Below, in pieces: positions 13,502-27,215 of a DNA stretch of 64,000 nt (its first letter is position 1; each line of letters opens with the position of its first letter). This DNA is from Chrysomallon squamiferum (taxonomy: Eukaryota > Animalia > Mollusca): contig CM022671.1 of the NCBI GenBank assembly GCA_012295275.1, positions 30,070,001 through 30,134,000 on the forward strand, read 5' to 3'. The notes below the pieces were generated by a model. The model was given only the letters and a program-made list of their open reading frames with translations. It was not told the DNA's origin and searched no databases. A program made the translations under genes and the position numbers.

Positions 13502-14504
13502 GTCTGTGTGTGTTTTATGTGTGAATGACAGTCTGTCAGTACCTTTATCACTGATCTATTAATGTGTGAAACATCATTTTAGTTAGGCGTGGACGTAACT
13601 ATTTTTACTCTGTGTGTGGCATCATTTAAAACAGATCAATTCGATGGTAGAAGAAATGAAAATTACTGAATATTTTGATTATTACATGTATAACAATATT
13701 CAGTAAAACATTCTTGTTACGAAAACGAACTGGAAACTTTGAGAAGTTGTAAACTTACAAATGGGAAAGAAATAATCGTCTTAAGAAAATAGTTGTTCAG
13801 ATTTTTCTTTTTTGCATCTGAAGTTGATATTACTGTACGTGTACAAAGTGGCAAGTACAGCTAAAAATATGTGGGTTAGGGTCAGGTCAGTTTATCACAC
13901 AAGGACATCAGTATCAACTTTTGTGTTTATTCAATGTATTCAGTACTTGAACTGTCACTACGCACGAAAATAGGTGAATTACGGAAACAGATGTCATCCG
14001 ATTTTATCACAGTCGGCTGACACGTTGCTGTGTCCACACTGACCACAGCCACACCTCGATTTTTGTGTTTGTTTCTTAACGCAGGACACACGGGTCATCA
14101 CTGTTCGCTGGACATCCGTCATGTGATCCTATTTCATCGCCAATTTCACCTTCAGAATACGGGTATCACTCAAACATTGGCACGAGCGATTTCCTCAGAC
14201 AGACTGGCCCGCGGGCGACAGGACCATCAGCGCATGCTCAGAATGTCCATCAGTGCAAACAGTGGCGATTATCTCGTTCTAAATCAATTACCAGTGCTAA
14301 CAATACTGTTTATTGATCTTTTTTATTTTTATTATTTTTGTTATTATTGTTATTATTTTTTAAATTTAATTTGGTAAAATTTAAGTAATTTAAAAATGAG
14401 AAAATCATAATTTGAAAAAATATTTTATAACTATATACATATATATACATGTTTTTGTCCGTTTCTATCGCTCTCGTTCTTTATTTATATTATCTGTCTT
14501 CTTG

Positions 14505-14588
<84 letters not shown>

Positions 14589-14951
14589 GGTCTATAAAAT
14601 AATAATAATAATATTATTGCCATTTCAAACTCACACTCCCCCTTTCTGAATCTCTAATCTCATTTTCTCATTAAAAACTAACGGGACTGTAACAATAGTA
14701 TATTAAATCAGTTTCCATTTGCGTAAATACAATTTACATTACAAATGAAGCATGTTGCTGACACTGAATGGGTCCAGGCAACGAAAACACGGTGGAAAAA
14801 TATTTTGTTTTGGAGACAAACAGTTTATATAATTTTCTCTTCCTTTTCTGTTTTCGTTTTCCGCTTTCTGCTTTTCTTGCGCCGATCCTAAAATAAGAAA
14901 AATTAAATTGTGAGACACTGGACATTCTTATTTATTCTGTTTGTTTTTGTC

Positions 14952-15000
<49 letters not shown>

Positions 15001-15279
15001 TATTATTATTTTATAATTTAATAAGTTATTTTATAATTAATTTATTATTATTTTTTTTTTTTTTTTGTTCTTTTGTTTGTTTTGCTTATTAATTTATTTA
15101 TTGTTTTCCCTGTTGTCGTTGTCATTATCATTATTATTACTTACTTACTTCTTTTTGTATGGGATAATGGTTACTGAGGATAAAACATTGTTTAAAAACA
15201 CATGCAAAAAAATACTTTTGGTTTTCAAAAATACATATATTAAAATAAATATTCTCCAAGTTGGCTAATATCTTTAGTA

Positions 15280-15980
15280 ATTTGTTTATCAGAATATAGC
15301 TAAATCACACAAAGTGTACTCATTGCCAGTGTGTATAATTATCGAGATATATTTTTAAAATAATTTTTGAATATTTTCATAATTCTGGCCTGGCCTCTTG
15401 AATTCAAATATTCAAAAAATGCATAATCTTTAATACATTTTGATGAGTATGTAAACAGTCAGAATATTCTGGATACAATAGTTTATTTACTAGAACGTGA
15501 CCAGTTCCAGTAGAGATCCTTTAATTCAAATCTTCAAAATTCTTTTAGAAGAAATTCTTTTTATTATTTCATTATTTATCAGAATCAACTAATTATACGA
15601 AGACTGCTATAATTTAGATTTCAAATTGTTTTTCACAAGTCATCAAGTTCTAAAAGGTTCTCTCTAAATAAAATCTTCAAACTGTTCTTTAATATTTCAT
15701 TTATCTCAATGTTAGAAGACTACATTAATTTAATTTTCTGTTTTTGAAAACGTATTAAATTATATATAGTACAACATCTTTAAATAAAATCTTCAAATGA
15801 TTTTTTTTTTCTTTTTTGTTTTATTAAGCATTATCTTAACCGTTTGTTTATCAGAAAGTGACTAATACTGATAAAACTCTTTTAATTTAAATCTTCAAAT
15901 TATGCTATAAGAAGTAGCTTTAATATTCCATTTATCAGAATAATTGAACATACGAAAGAAGACGCCTTTAATTCGAAACT
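15280..15980. repeat. Highly degenerate tandem repeat
   Basis: Recurring tttatcagaat and ttaattcaaatcttcaaa motifs. Confidence 0.55.
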
Positions 15981-17383
15981 ACACGACGTCTGAGAAACTG
16001 TTATCTTACTTCGCGAAGCCTCATTTGCCCATTGTTCGACTTAAACCGTCATAAATTGAGTTTTCAGACGATGCGCTTACCAGACAAATATTGTGGTTAC
16101 ATTTACACCGTGTTTTCACTTCACACAAACCAACCGAGCATGTCACTGCAGCTTTTTTTTTCCATATAAAACCATTCGAACCGAATAGCGTTCCAACATT
16201 AACAGGACAATCAAACACGAATTTTGGTCTGAGATTTTTTTTTTTTTTTTTTTCTCTCACTTTCTCCAAAAAATAAAAATAAAAAAATAAGAAAATAAAA
16301 AAGAACGTGGCCTATCCCAATAAGTGAGGAAAACTGCTAATATCATTCGTGAAATAATTTAACGCTCCAACGCAAACACTTTCGTCCATTGATGTTCTTT
16401 TTGCGTGAACGGACGGCTTTGTGTTCGCAGTGGGCAAACAAAGAAAATAATTTCGCCCGTATCCAAACACAAGCAGCAAAGGGCGTATTACGACCAAGTC
16501 AAACTCTTTAAGATTTCTTTTCGTGGTGTATTCAGACACGGCGAGAAAGCTAAGACGAAAAAAGAGAAAAAAAGATATATAGAAGCTGTTGATCTGACAT
16601 CAAACAAGACAAAATCCAATACAAGTTTATAAACGTCTTTTGGCTACAAGGAGTAGCTCTTTCATTTTTTTCTCTCTCTCTCTTTAATGGGATTACAACT
16701 ATATATATATATTTGGAAATGAATTAATATGTATGTGTAGTTCATTGAGCGTCTGCTACGAAATGTATTTTGTGTTGAATGTACATTTAGAAAAGGGTTA
16801 GAGATTCTAAATGTATGATTGTAACATAATTTAGTGAAATCCACATTCGACCTGGGATTGTGGACGTTTTTAGAAAGTGAGATAAATAACATTATATTTT
16901 CGTAAAAACTATTAAAATTTAAAATTAAAGTAGCCACTCGGAATATTTTATTTATACCGAAATCTCTTTATTAATTTATCAGATTTATATATATTTTTTT
17001 AGTTTTGTTTAGCTGGGATTTTTCTTTTTCATCGTTTTATTTATTTATTTTTTTAATTTCTAAACAAATTTTATATATTTTTTTTTTTATAGAAATGTAA
17101 TAATAAATTTTACTGAAATCAACATTTATTAATGAATTAGCGACTCTAAACATACGATAACGCTGAAATCTTATTTGTAAATGTTTAATATGATAATATA
17201 AATCAGTATTATATATTTTTCAGTAAAACCTACATTATTACATTTAATTAAATCATTTGAATACATCCATAAAAAACAAACATTGTGATATTTTTAATCT
17301 AACTAAAAATACATTTGCGTAAACAAAAATAAAAATAAATAATATTAATATTAATATTAATAATATAATAAAAATAAAAATAA

Positions 17384-17418
<35 letters not shown>

Positions 17419-18043
17419 TAATAAAAATAATAATAAAAATAATAATAATAATAAGAAGAAGAAGAAGAAGAAGAAGAGAACCAATGATGACAAAATAATT
17501 TAACTAAAATAAAATTAAAAATAAATTAAATTAAATTTAAAAAAAAATAAAATAAAAAAAATATAAATAAAATAAAAATAACAAATTATTTATTGAAAAT
17601 AAAACAAACAATTATTTTTACATTTGAAATAAAGAATTAATTTTTATTTAATGTACGAAAGAAAGAAATCAAACTTGGCCCAAATATACTTCAAAGCTGT
17701 GCAAATTAGTAATATTTTTTTATGTAGGTAACTTTAATTTTAAATTCTCTTAATTTTTTTCTTCTTATCTACATTGGTACATTAAAAGCAAAACTTTGAT
17801 TTTAATGAATTGGAAATATCCTACTGTATCTTTCGTGCTTCTTTTTTTTAAACAAAAATTCTTTTCTTTTTTTTTGTTACTTTTCACTAATATTTAAAAT
17901 ATCATTTATTTATTTATTTATTATTTGTTAGTGTTTTTCGTAATGGTTTTTATTTGAAAATTTTTAAAACTAAATTATAGTATATTAATTGCATTCTTAA
18001 AATAAAATTTTACTGTTGCGATAAAAAGAATTATATAGAAAGC

Positions 18044-18152
<109 letters not shown>

Positions 18153-18234
18153 TAAATAATTAACAAATATTGTACATAACAAAAAAAAAATTCATATAAC
18201 TGTATTAAAGACCATAATATTATAAACAACACCA

Positions 18235-18267
<33 letters not shown>

Positions 18268-19058
18268 TAAAATACATTAAGACGTCGACAAACGCCCATT
18301 AATTTTCATTCTGGAAACCTGTGACAAGTTTTTCATCAGATAATAACACTAACCGCTGATTAAGTCTCTGAAATGAACCGTACGCTTGTACAAAACAAAA
18401 ACCTACAAACTATCAATATCTGTTCAGCAGATATCCTCTTTATAAACCCACTCACCGCAGTAATTCACAAATTAGCGATCGTTTAAACCGAATTCGATAC
18501 ATCAGAAGTTGACCGTGAATGGAATAATGAATATGAAAATCGCGTGCCGCACTCTATATCGATATTCGATACATCAAGATCGATATTCGATACATCGGGA
18601 GTCGAAAGAACCGTTATGAAACGGTTAAATATGACAACTGCGCGTGATATGCCCATTGATGGAGTGATATTCCCACTGACACAGTAACGTTGATAATAAA
18701 TGATACTGCGATAATTCCGCCAGATATTGGAATGTGGATACTAATATTGCGATTTACGTGCCGATGTTGGTTATAGGCTAAATGCATGAGTTTTCGGATT
18801 ACCTGCTGCATTGTTTACTTCTTTATCAAACTAATAAAATGTGAAGTTACGAGTTAAGTAGCCGTAACAGAACAGTTTAAGGAGATAACGTTCTTGAAGT
18901 TAATCATGTCCGCGACAGAATTCTGTAATGACGTCAGAGTTTATGACATGATAATTATCTGTTTCAGTTTTTATTCATTCATTTATTTATTTTATTTATT
19001 TATTTATATTAATTGAATTATGTCACGATTAATATAACTATAAGAGAAGAACTATAAA

Positions 19059-19114
<56 letters not shown>

Positions 19115-19757
19115 TACTACTACTGTTACTGTCACTATTATTTGTACTAGTATTATTATTGTTGTTATTTATTATTATTATTATTAATATTTCATTATTA
19201 TTATTATTATTATTATTATACATGCTAGTAATGTTATTATTATGTTTATTATTGTTCTTCTTTTTCTGAATCTTCATCATCAACGTTATCATTATCGTAG
19301 TAATAGTAATAGTGGTAGTAATAATAGCGTTATTCATAATGTTGTGCTGATGATTATATTTTTGTATTCTTCTTCTTCTTCTTCATCTTATTCTTCTTAT
19401 TCTTCGTATTATTATTATTATTACTGTCAACACCATCATCATCATCATCATCATCAGTATTATTAGCTTTATTATTATCACTAAAATATTTCTATAGATC
19501 AGTCTCTGAAAATGAAAAATAAATAAATAAATAAATAAATAAAGAAAGAAAGAAAGAAAGAAAGAAAACATATGAATAAACGTAATTCAGATATCTTTTT
19601 TTTTTTTTTTTTTTTTTTTTTTCACCTAACCATCACCTTCCGATCTCACTCCTCCGTAAAACTGACTGGAAACCTAACTAATTACTAACGATGTGTTTCT
19701 CGTGGAGTTTGTCAAGATACTATCGTAGTTACACGGTTTTGTTGTAATGTATGAGAG

Positions 19758-19788
<31 letters not shown>

Positions 19789-19789
19789 C

Positions 19790-19935
19790 AATGAGACCCG
19801 CGAAAGATGGGCGGAGTCTGGCGGAAAGCGGCGATTTCTCAACCAATGGAACGGTCGCCGAAAAACGAAGGTAAAAACACACGCGGTTTGTGGCCCGCGG
19901 TGTGGACCAATGAGCGCGCGGCGCTGTCACACGGG
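19790..19935 (+). promoter_or_regulatory. TATA-less CpG-rich proximal promoter of Wnt7
   Basis: Abrupt CpG/GC enrichment against an AT-rich background. GC box GGGCGGAGT 19809-19817; CCAAT boxes 19843-19847 and 19907-19911 (GACCAATGAG, NF-Y consensus); E2F-like CCCGCGAAA 19797-19805 and TGGCGGAAA 19819-19827; YY1-like AGATGGCGG at 20002-20010. Lies ~150-290 nt upstream of the ATG. Confidence 0.75.
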
Positions 19936-20003
19936 AGAAGGTTATTTTGTGTTAGCCAGGTGTGATACGGACTAGCTTACGCGGAGTATACCACGCGAAA
20001 TAG

Positions 20004-20036
20004 ATGGCGGATAAAGAAATAAGCTGGCTCTCTTAA
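20004..20036 (+). promoter_or_regulatory. uORF1 (MADKEISWLS*) in the presumed 5' UTR
   Basis: ATG 20004 to TAA 20034-20036. It is only relevant if the TSS lies upstream of 20004. Confidence 0.5.
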
Positions 20037-20066
20037 CTGATATTCCATTTCGCCATCCAGAAAACA

Positions 20067-20096
20067 ATGTCGCCAGATGCAAAGCATGGGCGTTAG
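20067..20096 (+). promoter_or_regulatory. Overlapping out-of-frame uORF2 (MSPDAKHGR*)
   Basis: aaaacaATG at 20067 to TAG 20094-20096. It spans both in-frame Wnt7 ATGs (20077, 20086). Confidence 0.6.
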
Positions 20097-20159
20097 CAGA
20101 CATACTAAGTTCATGCTTGGCATTGTGTATCTCTCCTATTGTGTGTACGGGAATTTTCT
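20086..20159 (+). CDS. Wnt7: Wnt7 coding exon 1, signal peptide MGVSRHTKFMLGIVYLSYCVYGNF(L); in-frame upstream ATG at 20077 adds MQS
   Basis: Basic N-region followed by a hydrophobic core. It ends CT|gtaagt (consensus donor, phase 2), which joins the first G of exon 2 to give CTG (Leu)-ALSSVVALG. It lies directly downstream of the CpG-rich promoter. Confidence 0.88.
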
Positions 20160-20849
20160 GTAAGTATATATATATGTATCTATCTATCTGCCTGTATGCG
20201 TTAGACATATCATAGCCTATTAGTAAGACACTGTCGTCAAGTTTGTCATTACGTTACATAAACAAAAATAATGTGTTTCTTCGTACGTGTGCCATGATTA
20301 CGTACATGGTTCTATGTCATTTTATTTTTAACAACGTTTTTTCTTCTTTCTTTTTCCGTTTGATATTTTCTTACTAGTCATTATATATATATATTGATCA
20401 GTCTATCTACCAAACTCTTTATCTATCTCTATTTAAAAACAACATATAACTCTTCCTTCCTATAGGTTTGTCGGTCTGTCTTTCTGTCTATATGTCTGTC
20501 AATCTACCAGTATCCCTGTATTCTTATCTGTCTGTCTGTCTGTCTATATGTCTGTCTGTCTATCTATCTAATATATCTGTGTATCTATCTATCTATCTAT
20601 CTATATATCTATTATCTGTGCATCTATCTGTTCGTGTATCTATTTGTCTGTATGTCTGTCTACCTCTCTACCTACCTGTCCATCTATTTAATTATCTCTG
20701 TGTATATATCTATTTCTGTATAACTTTTACTTATCTACCTCTCGTACAAAAATCATTGCAAAAAACAGAAATGAATGTTACAATATAAAATGACTTTTAA
20801 AGTCGTTTATTATTATTATTATTATTATTATTTATTATTATTATTATTT

Positions 20850-20880
<31 letters not shown>

Positions 20881-21412
20881 TAATTTTTTTTTTTATATTA
20901 CCGTGAAAAGTAGAAATGTCTATAAACTGCAGAAAATAATTTTAATGATATCGTTTTCATAACAATATGTTATTAAGATTGTCATCATTAATAATTTTTT
21001 GCTTTCATCGAATATAAACTGAAATAAATTTATAATTTATATCTTTTTATAAAAGAAGCATATTTAAAAATTAGACAAAATAATTTTTTTGGGTGTGATA
21101 AAATTGTATTTTTTGTTTTTGTTTTCCTTAATCATAATCTTATTTCATTACAAACACATTGATTTAAGTTATATTTAATAAAGTATCTTACTGCCATAAA
21201 TAGAAGTAAAAAACCTGAAAACTTAATATTTCTCAACATAAAATATTTTTAAAAACAGTTATAAACATAAATTATTTTTAACAGATTGAAATAATATAAT
21301 ATCATATTAATATCATATAAATGTCTTTATTTCTACTTTCACTACTACTACTACTTCTATTACTACTACTACTACTACTATTGCTTTTTATTATTTTCAT
21401 CATCTCCTCAAC

Positions 21413-21453
<41 letters not shown>

Positions 21454-21459
21454 CATTAC

Positions 21460-21510
<51 letters not shown>

Positions 21511-21521
21511 CATTATTGTTT

Positions 21522-21553
<32 letters not shown>

Positions 21554-21762
21554 TAATTATTCAGAGCATTACATATTTGTTGCATCCAAAGAGAATATCA
21601 CATAAATAATGCAACATGAATATATCTTTAAATAAAAACTGTATGTTTTATCCGTTATATAAATCAAAACATATCAAAATATATAAGAATCGTCAACAGT
21701 GTATGTGTTTTATATAAATCTTTGTTCGAACCCTAAAATATAGTTGTTCATTAATTATATAT

Positions 21763-21881
<119 letters not shown>

Positions 21882-22219
21882 TTCCTCAGATTCTCTCTTT
21901 TCATCTTTGTCAAATATAACACACTCATCATGGTGAAAAAGCATAATGATTTTTAAAAGATTTTTATATATATATATTTCATATATTAAGTATAATTATA
22001 TAAGCAATAATGTGTGTGTATATTTCTATTTATGTATTATATGTATGTTTGTATGTATGTATTATGTATCGCTACGTTTTTAATGATACATAACTGAAAT
22101 ATATATATAATATAAATATATATATATATTGTGTGTGTATGTGTGTGTATATATATTTATATATACACATACATACAGATAGCTAGATAGATGGAGAGAT
22201 AGATAGATATGTGTGTGTG

Positions 22220-22252
<33 letters not shown>

Positions 22253-22566
22253 TCACATGCACACAGACATACACACATACAGATATATGTCTATATAAAC
22301 CGCGGTATAAAAACGTAACACAGACGAAGGTGAATAATCACATTTCGGTTGAAAAAAGTGCTGGTATGGAATGTTTGATACAAACATAGCAAGTAGAGTA
22401 TATTATGTACATCCGCGGAGCACAGCGAGAGGTTATGATATATGGTGATGGCATCACTTATTTTGTGATATATAGCTCAGAAGAACCATTATTTGCCATT
22501 AATCAAAACGCTAAGCATTATGGTACGTCTCCACTGAAATATCGATGTTGGTTACATATTTTAAAA

Positions 22567-22603
<37 letters not shown>

Positions 22604-22890
22604 ACGGGTGGGGATCGTTGGTTATTTTATGAGATTTTTTTTTTCTTGCTGTTATTGAATTCGGCTGAATAAACTAGTATAAAAAAAAGAGAGAGAAAAA
22701 AAAACTCGGCCAAATGCGTTCATTATGGATATTAATTTCTGCTTGAGAAAATTTCACTCACAACTTTAAGGTGAATTGGGTGTTATTATGAAAGACATTA
22801 TATGGCGGATTAAAAGAGCGAGAACTGAAAGCAAATTGTGTAAAGAAAGAAAAGTAAAGACACAGAAGAGAGACGTGTGTGTGTAGTGTT

Positions 22891-22980
<90 letters not shown>

Positions 22981-23878
22981 GCAATTATTTATTTATGTAA
23001 AAGTCATTGTAAACATTATCTTCTCTTCGCTTTTATCTTTCTCTTTACATCTTTACAGCCTTACATTTTTAGAACAATTTACATATATATATATATATAT
23101 ATTCAGAAAACATTAATATAATATATTCTTTTGCGTCTTGTCTAGTTTAAGACATGGAATACATTATTTTTCAAATCTATCATGATTTTTTTTATTTTTT
23201 TATTTTTAAAAAGGAAAACCTTACATATTGTGCATTAAGTGCATAGATTTGAAATATCAAAAATGTTTAAATATATGACGACATGTTGAATCGTAAATAT
23301 CTTCTTTTTTAATGTAAAATATGAGGTCGACATGTTAAAATGTAAATGTGATTTACATTCTTCATCTCGCAAGTTATTGAAATTGTCAGGTAAATTTAAT
23401 TACTTTTGTTGTTTATTACATTAGTCATTTAAAGTTGTTAATTTGTATTTCTCTCTCTCTCTGTTAGTTGTTGTTTATATGCAACAACTTTCGCTTATTA
23501 TCTTTTCTTTTTTTAATCCATCATGCATATAAATAACTACATAGAAAACGACTTTTTTCTTTTTTTTTTTTTTTTTAAAATCTATTTCTTTTCTTTTAAT
23601 GAGGTTTTTTTTTCATCTTTTTTTCGACAAAATATTTTTTTCACATTTTCTTGGATCAGTAATGTATATTCGATTTTATATTATTAAAATAATATTTAGC
23701 ATAAAACTGTAAATATCTCAGATATTTATTCTGGAAAATATTAGTAATATTTTATTTATTTCACTAAAATATTCTAGATGTGTAGTTACGATAATTCATA
23801 CATTTTTATAGTCCATTTCATGAATTCAAATGCAGATCTACAGATTAGAATAATACACCAATGAATACAATAGTAAGA

Positions 23879-23914
<36 letters not shown>

Positions 23915-23954
23915 TTAATATAATAAAAATAATAATAATAATAATAATAATAAC

Positions 23955-23994
<40 letters not shown>

Positions 23995-24116
23995 CAGTAT
24001 CCAAATATTTTATTTTTCGTTTTTTAACTTGATTAATTATTCTTTTGGTTTTTTTGTTTATGTTTGTTGTTGTCGTTATCGTTATCATCATCATCATCAT
24101 CATTATTATTATTATT

Positions 24117-24151
<35 letters not shown>

Positions 24152-24171
24152 TATTATTATTATCATCATCA

Positions 24172-24223
<52 letters not shown>

Positions 24224-24876
24224 GTGACAGTGACATTTTATAAAGAATAACTTCAATTTAATCACAGTTGGGATTGTAGTCTTGTTTTGAATTTGTTTAA
24301 ATATACATATACATATACATACAGACATATATATATATTTCTATATAATACAATTAATTTTCTATAATACTTACCATAATCGTAATTCAAAGGACTTTTA
24401 ACTAATTCCCCAGCTGTTTACTGAAAAGTCGCTACCAATGAACAGTGAGCAACAAATTGTGAGTAGTGAATTTGAGTTTCGAATAGCTGGTTGTGAGTAC
24501 AGAATAGTCTACAAGCGTGCCGTGGTGAGTTACTGTGAGCCGTAAACACAGAATTCCGAGTTGTAGGTTTTTCCGGGAATAATTGCGGTTTCTAACGATT
24601 TCTTCCGGTATTGTGACACGAACTCGCTCACTTCTGATCTCTGATTCGATTTCTTGAACTTTTTTTTTCTTTCAGGTATGTAAAAATATATGTCAGAATA
24701 TGCTTGCAAAAGCAAAGCGAACAATTTTGGGGATTGGTATAATGGCAATGACAGTAGCGTTATCAAAAACGTATCAGTGAAAGAGACACCCCGTGAAAAC
24801 CCGCTATTAACCACAAACATTCTTACAAAACTTGTACTATTTGACACAACACGATGAAGTAGATGAACAGTGAAAA

Positions 24877-25020
24877 CGCACGCGGACCTGGGAAGGGGGT
24901 GCCTCTCTCGCTTTCTTTCTCTTTAATAATAATAATAAAAAAGGTAATTTCATTTTGAAAGTTATATCCACAACAAATAAAGAGACTCCCCCTTTTTTTG
25001 AAATCCTATGTCCGTCCCTG
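24877..25020. mobile_element. Decayed small MITE of the GGGGCGGATCC...GGATCCGCCCCTG (PIF/Harbinger-like) type
   Basis: Left gcggacctgggaagggggt, right aaatcctatgtccgtccctg. Similar termini occur at 1155-1180 (ctgggacccgcccctg) and 32814-32850 (gtgcgcggattc...gagggggg). Confidence 0.35.
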
Positions 25021-25367
25021 AAATAGGATGTTAAAGAGAAGGAATGAAGCCGAGATTAAAATGCAAGAATTTCAGTTATTTATTTGCAAGTAAAAAATAT
25101 GTTTACGAAATACAAAGTTATAAACATACACATATACGTTATTTATTTAGTACAGAAATACCATTCCATGTTTTAAAAATTCTTTCTTTTTCTTTTTTAA
25201 TTATATTTGTTATTCCTTTTGTTTAATTCTTGTTAGTAGTACTACTACTTCTACTACTACTTCTACTACTACTACTACTACTACCATTCCTTACTATTAT
25301 TAATATTATTATTATTACTATTACTATTATTATTATTATTATCTACTATTATTATTATTATTATGAC

Positions 25368-25413
<46 letters not shown>

Positions 25414-26086
25414 CTACTATTATTATTATTATTATTATTATTATGATTATTATTATTATTATAATTATACTACTATTGTTATTATTATTACTATTACTGT
25501 TATTATTATTATTATTAATGCTTGTTTTTGTCTGATGTATTGTTTTTATTTCTTTCGTTTCCATTTATTTATTTATCTATTTATTTCTATTTCCTCTTAT
25601 TTTTAATCTTTTTTCTTTTCTTCTTTCTCTAGTTTACTCTCTCTGTCTCCTCCATTCTGTCTCTCTCTAGTTATTTATTAATCTCTCATAATACTGTCTC
25701 TTTCTTTCATCCTTACGTAAATACATAAATTTAATACACCAATTAAAATAGAAAACTCACAAAAATCCAGATCATAAAAGTAATGAAAACTCGCGTTCCG
25801 TTCCGCCTATTTCCCCAAACTGTGTTTTACTTTTACACAAATAAACTTTATTATAACACACATAAAATTATTAGAATTAAAACACATTCGCACAATCGTA
25901 TCTTTTAACGCTTCTCATTCTCTTTAGAAACATTTTCGTGATTTTATTTTATTTATATTTATGAAAGAAAGATGCAAAACATCTTCATTCCTGAATCAAA
26001 AATACATATACACTGTATACTAAATTTACATAAGATATATATATATATGCAAAATATACTTGATATTTTTGTTTTTGGAATTTCAG

Positions 26087-26316
26087 GGCTCTCTCTTCGG
26101 TAGTGGCTTTGGGCGCTAACATCATCTGTAACAAGATTCCAGGACTGGCCCCAAAACAAAGAGCGATCTGTCGCGGTCGACCTGACGCCATTGTCGCGAT
26201 TGGGGAGGGGGCAAAAGTCGGACTTACCGAGTGCCAATTTCAATTTCGGAATTTACGTTGGAACTGTACAAATGTTGGCTACGGGGGCTCTATGTTTGGA
26301 TACGAAAGGTTAACAG
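26087..26316 (+). CDS. Wnt7: Wnt7 coding exon 2 ([77 protein letters not shown])
   Basis: Acceptor tttcag|G and donor ACAG|gtaag. The N-terminal part is nearly identical to vertebrate Wnt7b [28 protein letters not shown], and the Wnt ECQxQFRxxRWNC motif is present. Confidence 0.97.
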
Positions 26317-26455
26317 GTAAGAGAGAAAGATTTATTTTTACTTTGTGTGTTTATATATATTCACTCTCCTGTTTATGGGAAGTGAATGTAAAATGTCCAA
26401 GTGTTGCTAGTCGAAGGAGTAACCCACAGAATGATGGCAGCTGATGTTCTGTTCT

Positions 26456-26487
<32 letters not shown>

Positions 26488-26557
26488 GCTACTGTTGATC
26501 TTGTTCTTCTTCTTCCTTTTCTGATTATTATTATTGTTACTATTATTATTATTATTG

Positions 26558-26611
<54 letters not shown>

Positions 26612-26767
26612 TATAATTATTATTATTATTATCATCATCAAAACCTACGTTTCACGTATTTTGACAGTTAATATTAAAAGGTATTGAAAAAGCAGCTACA
26701 ACATAATAATGACAATAATAATAATAATAATAATAGCAAAAATAATAACATCAGTAATTACAATCTT

Positions 26768-26824
<57 letters not shown>

Positions 26825-26906
26825 CATAAACATGGTAACTAAATATAATATGGCTTCGAAATAATTATTCCAGTATTTTTATTGCAATTCTTTTCTTCTT
26901 CTTCTT

Positions 26907-26967
<61 letters not shown>

Positions 26968-27106
26968 TATTATTTTTGTATTTATTTATTTATTTTTCTT
27001 TCTTTCTTTCTTTCATTATTTGTCATTATTTGAACAATTTTTCTTTTAAATTTAAATGAATTTAGAACTAAGATATGTTCAGAAACCAGTTTATCACAAT
27101 TTATAA

Positions 27107-27215
<109 letters not shown>

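Noticed and set aside
26317-26444. ORF-track extensions beyond the exon boundaries (also 39519-39572 and 60562-60585)
   Set aside because: Wnt homology stops exactly at canonical splice sites; the extensions are intronic read-through.
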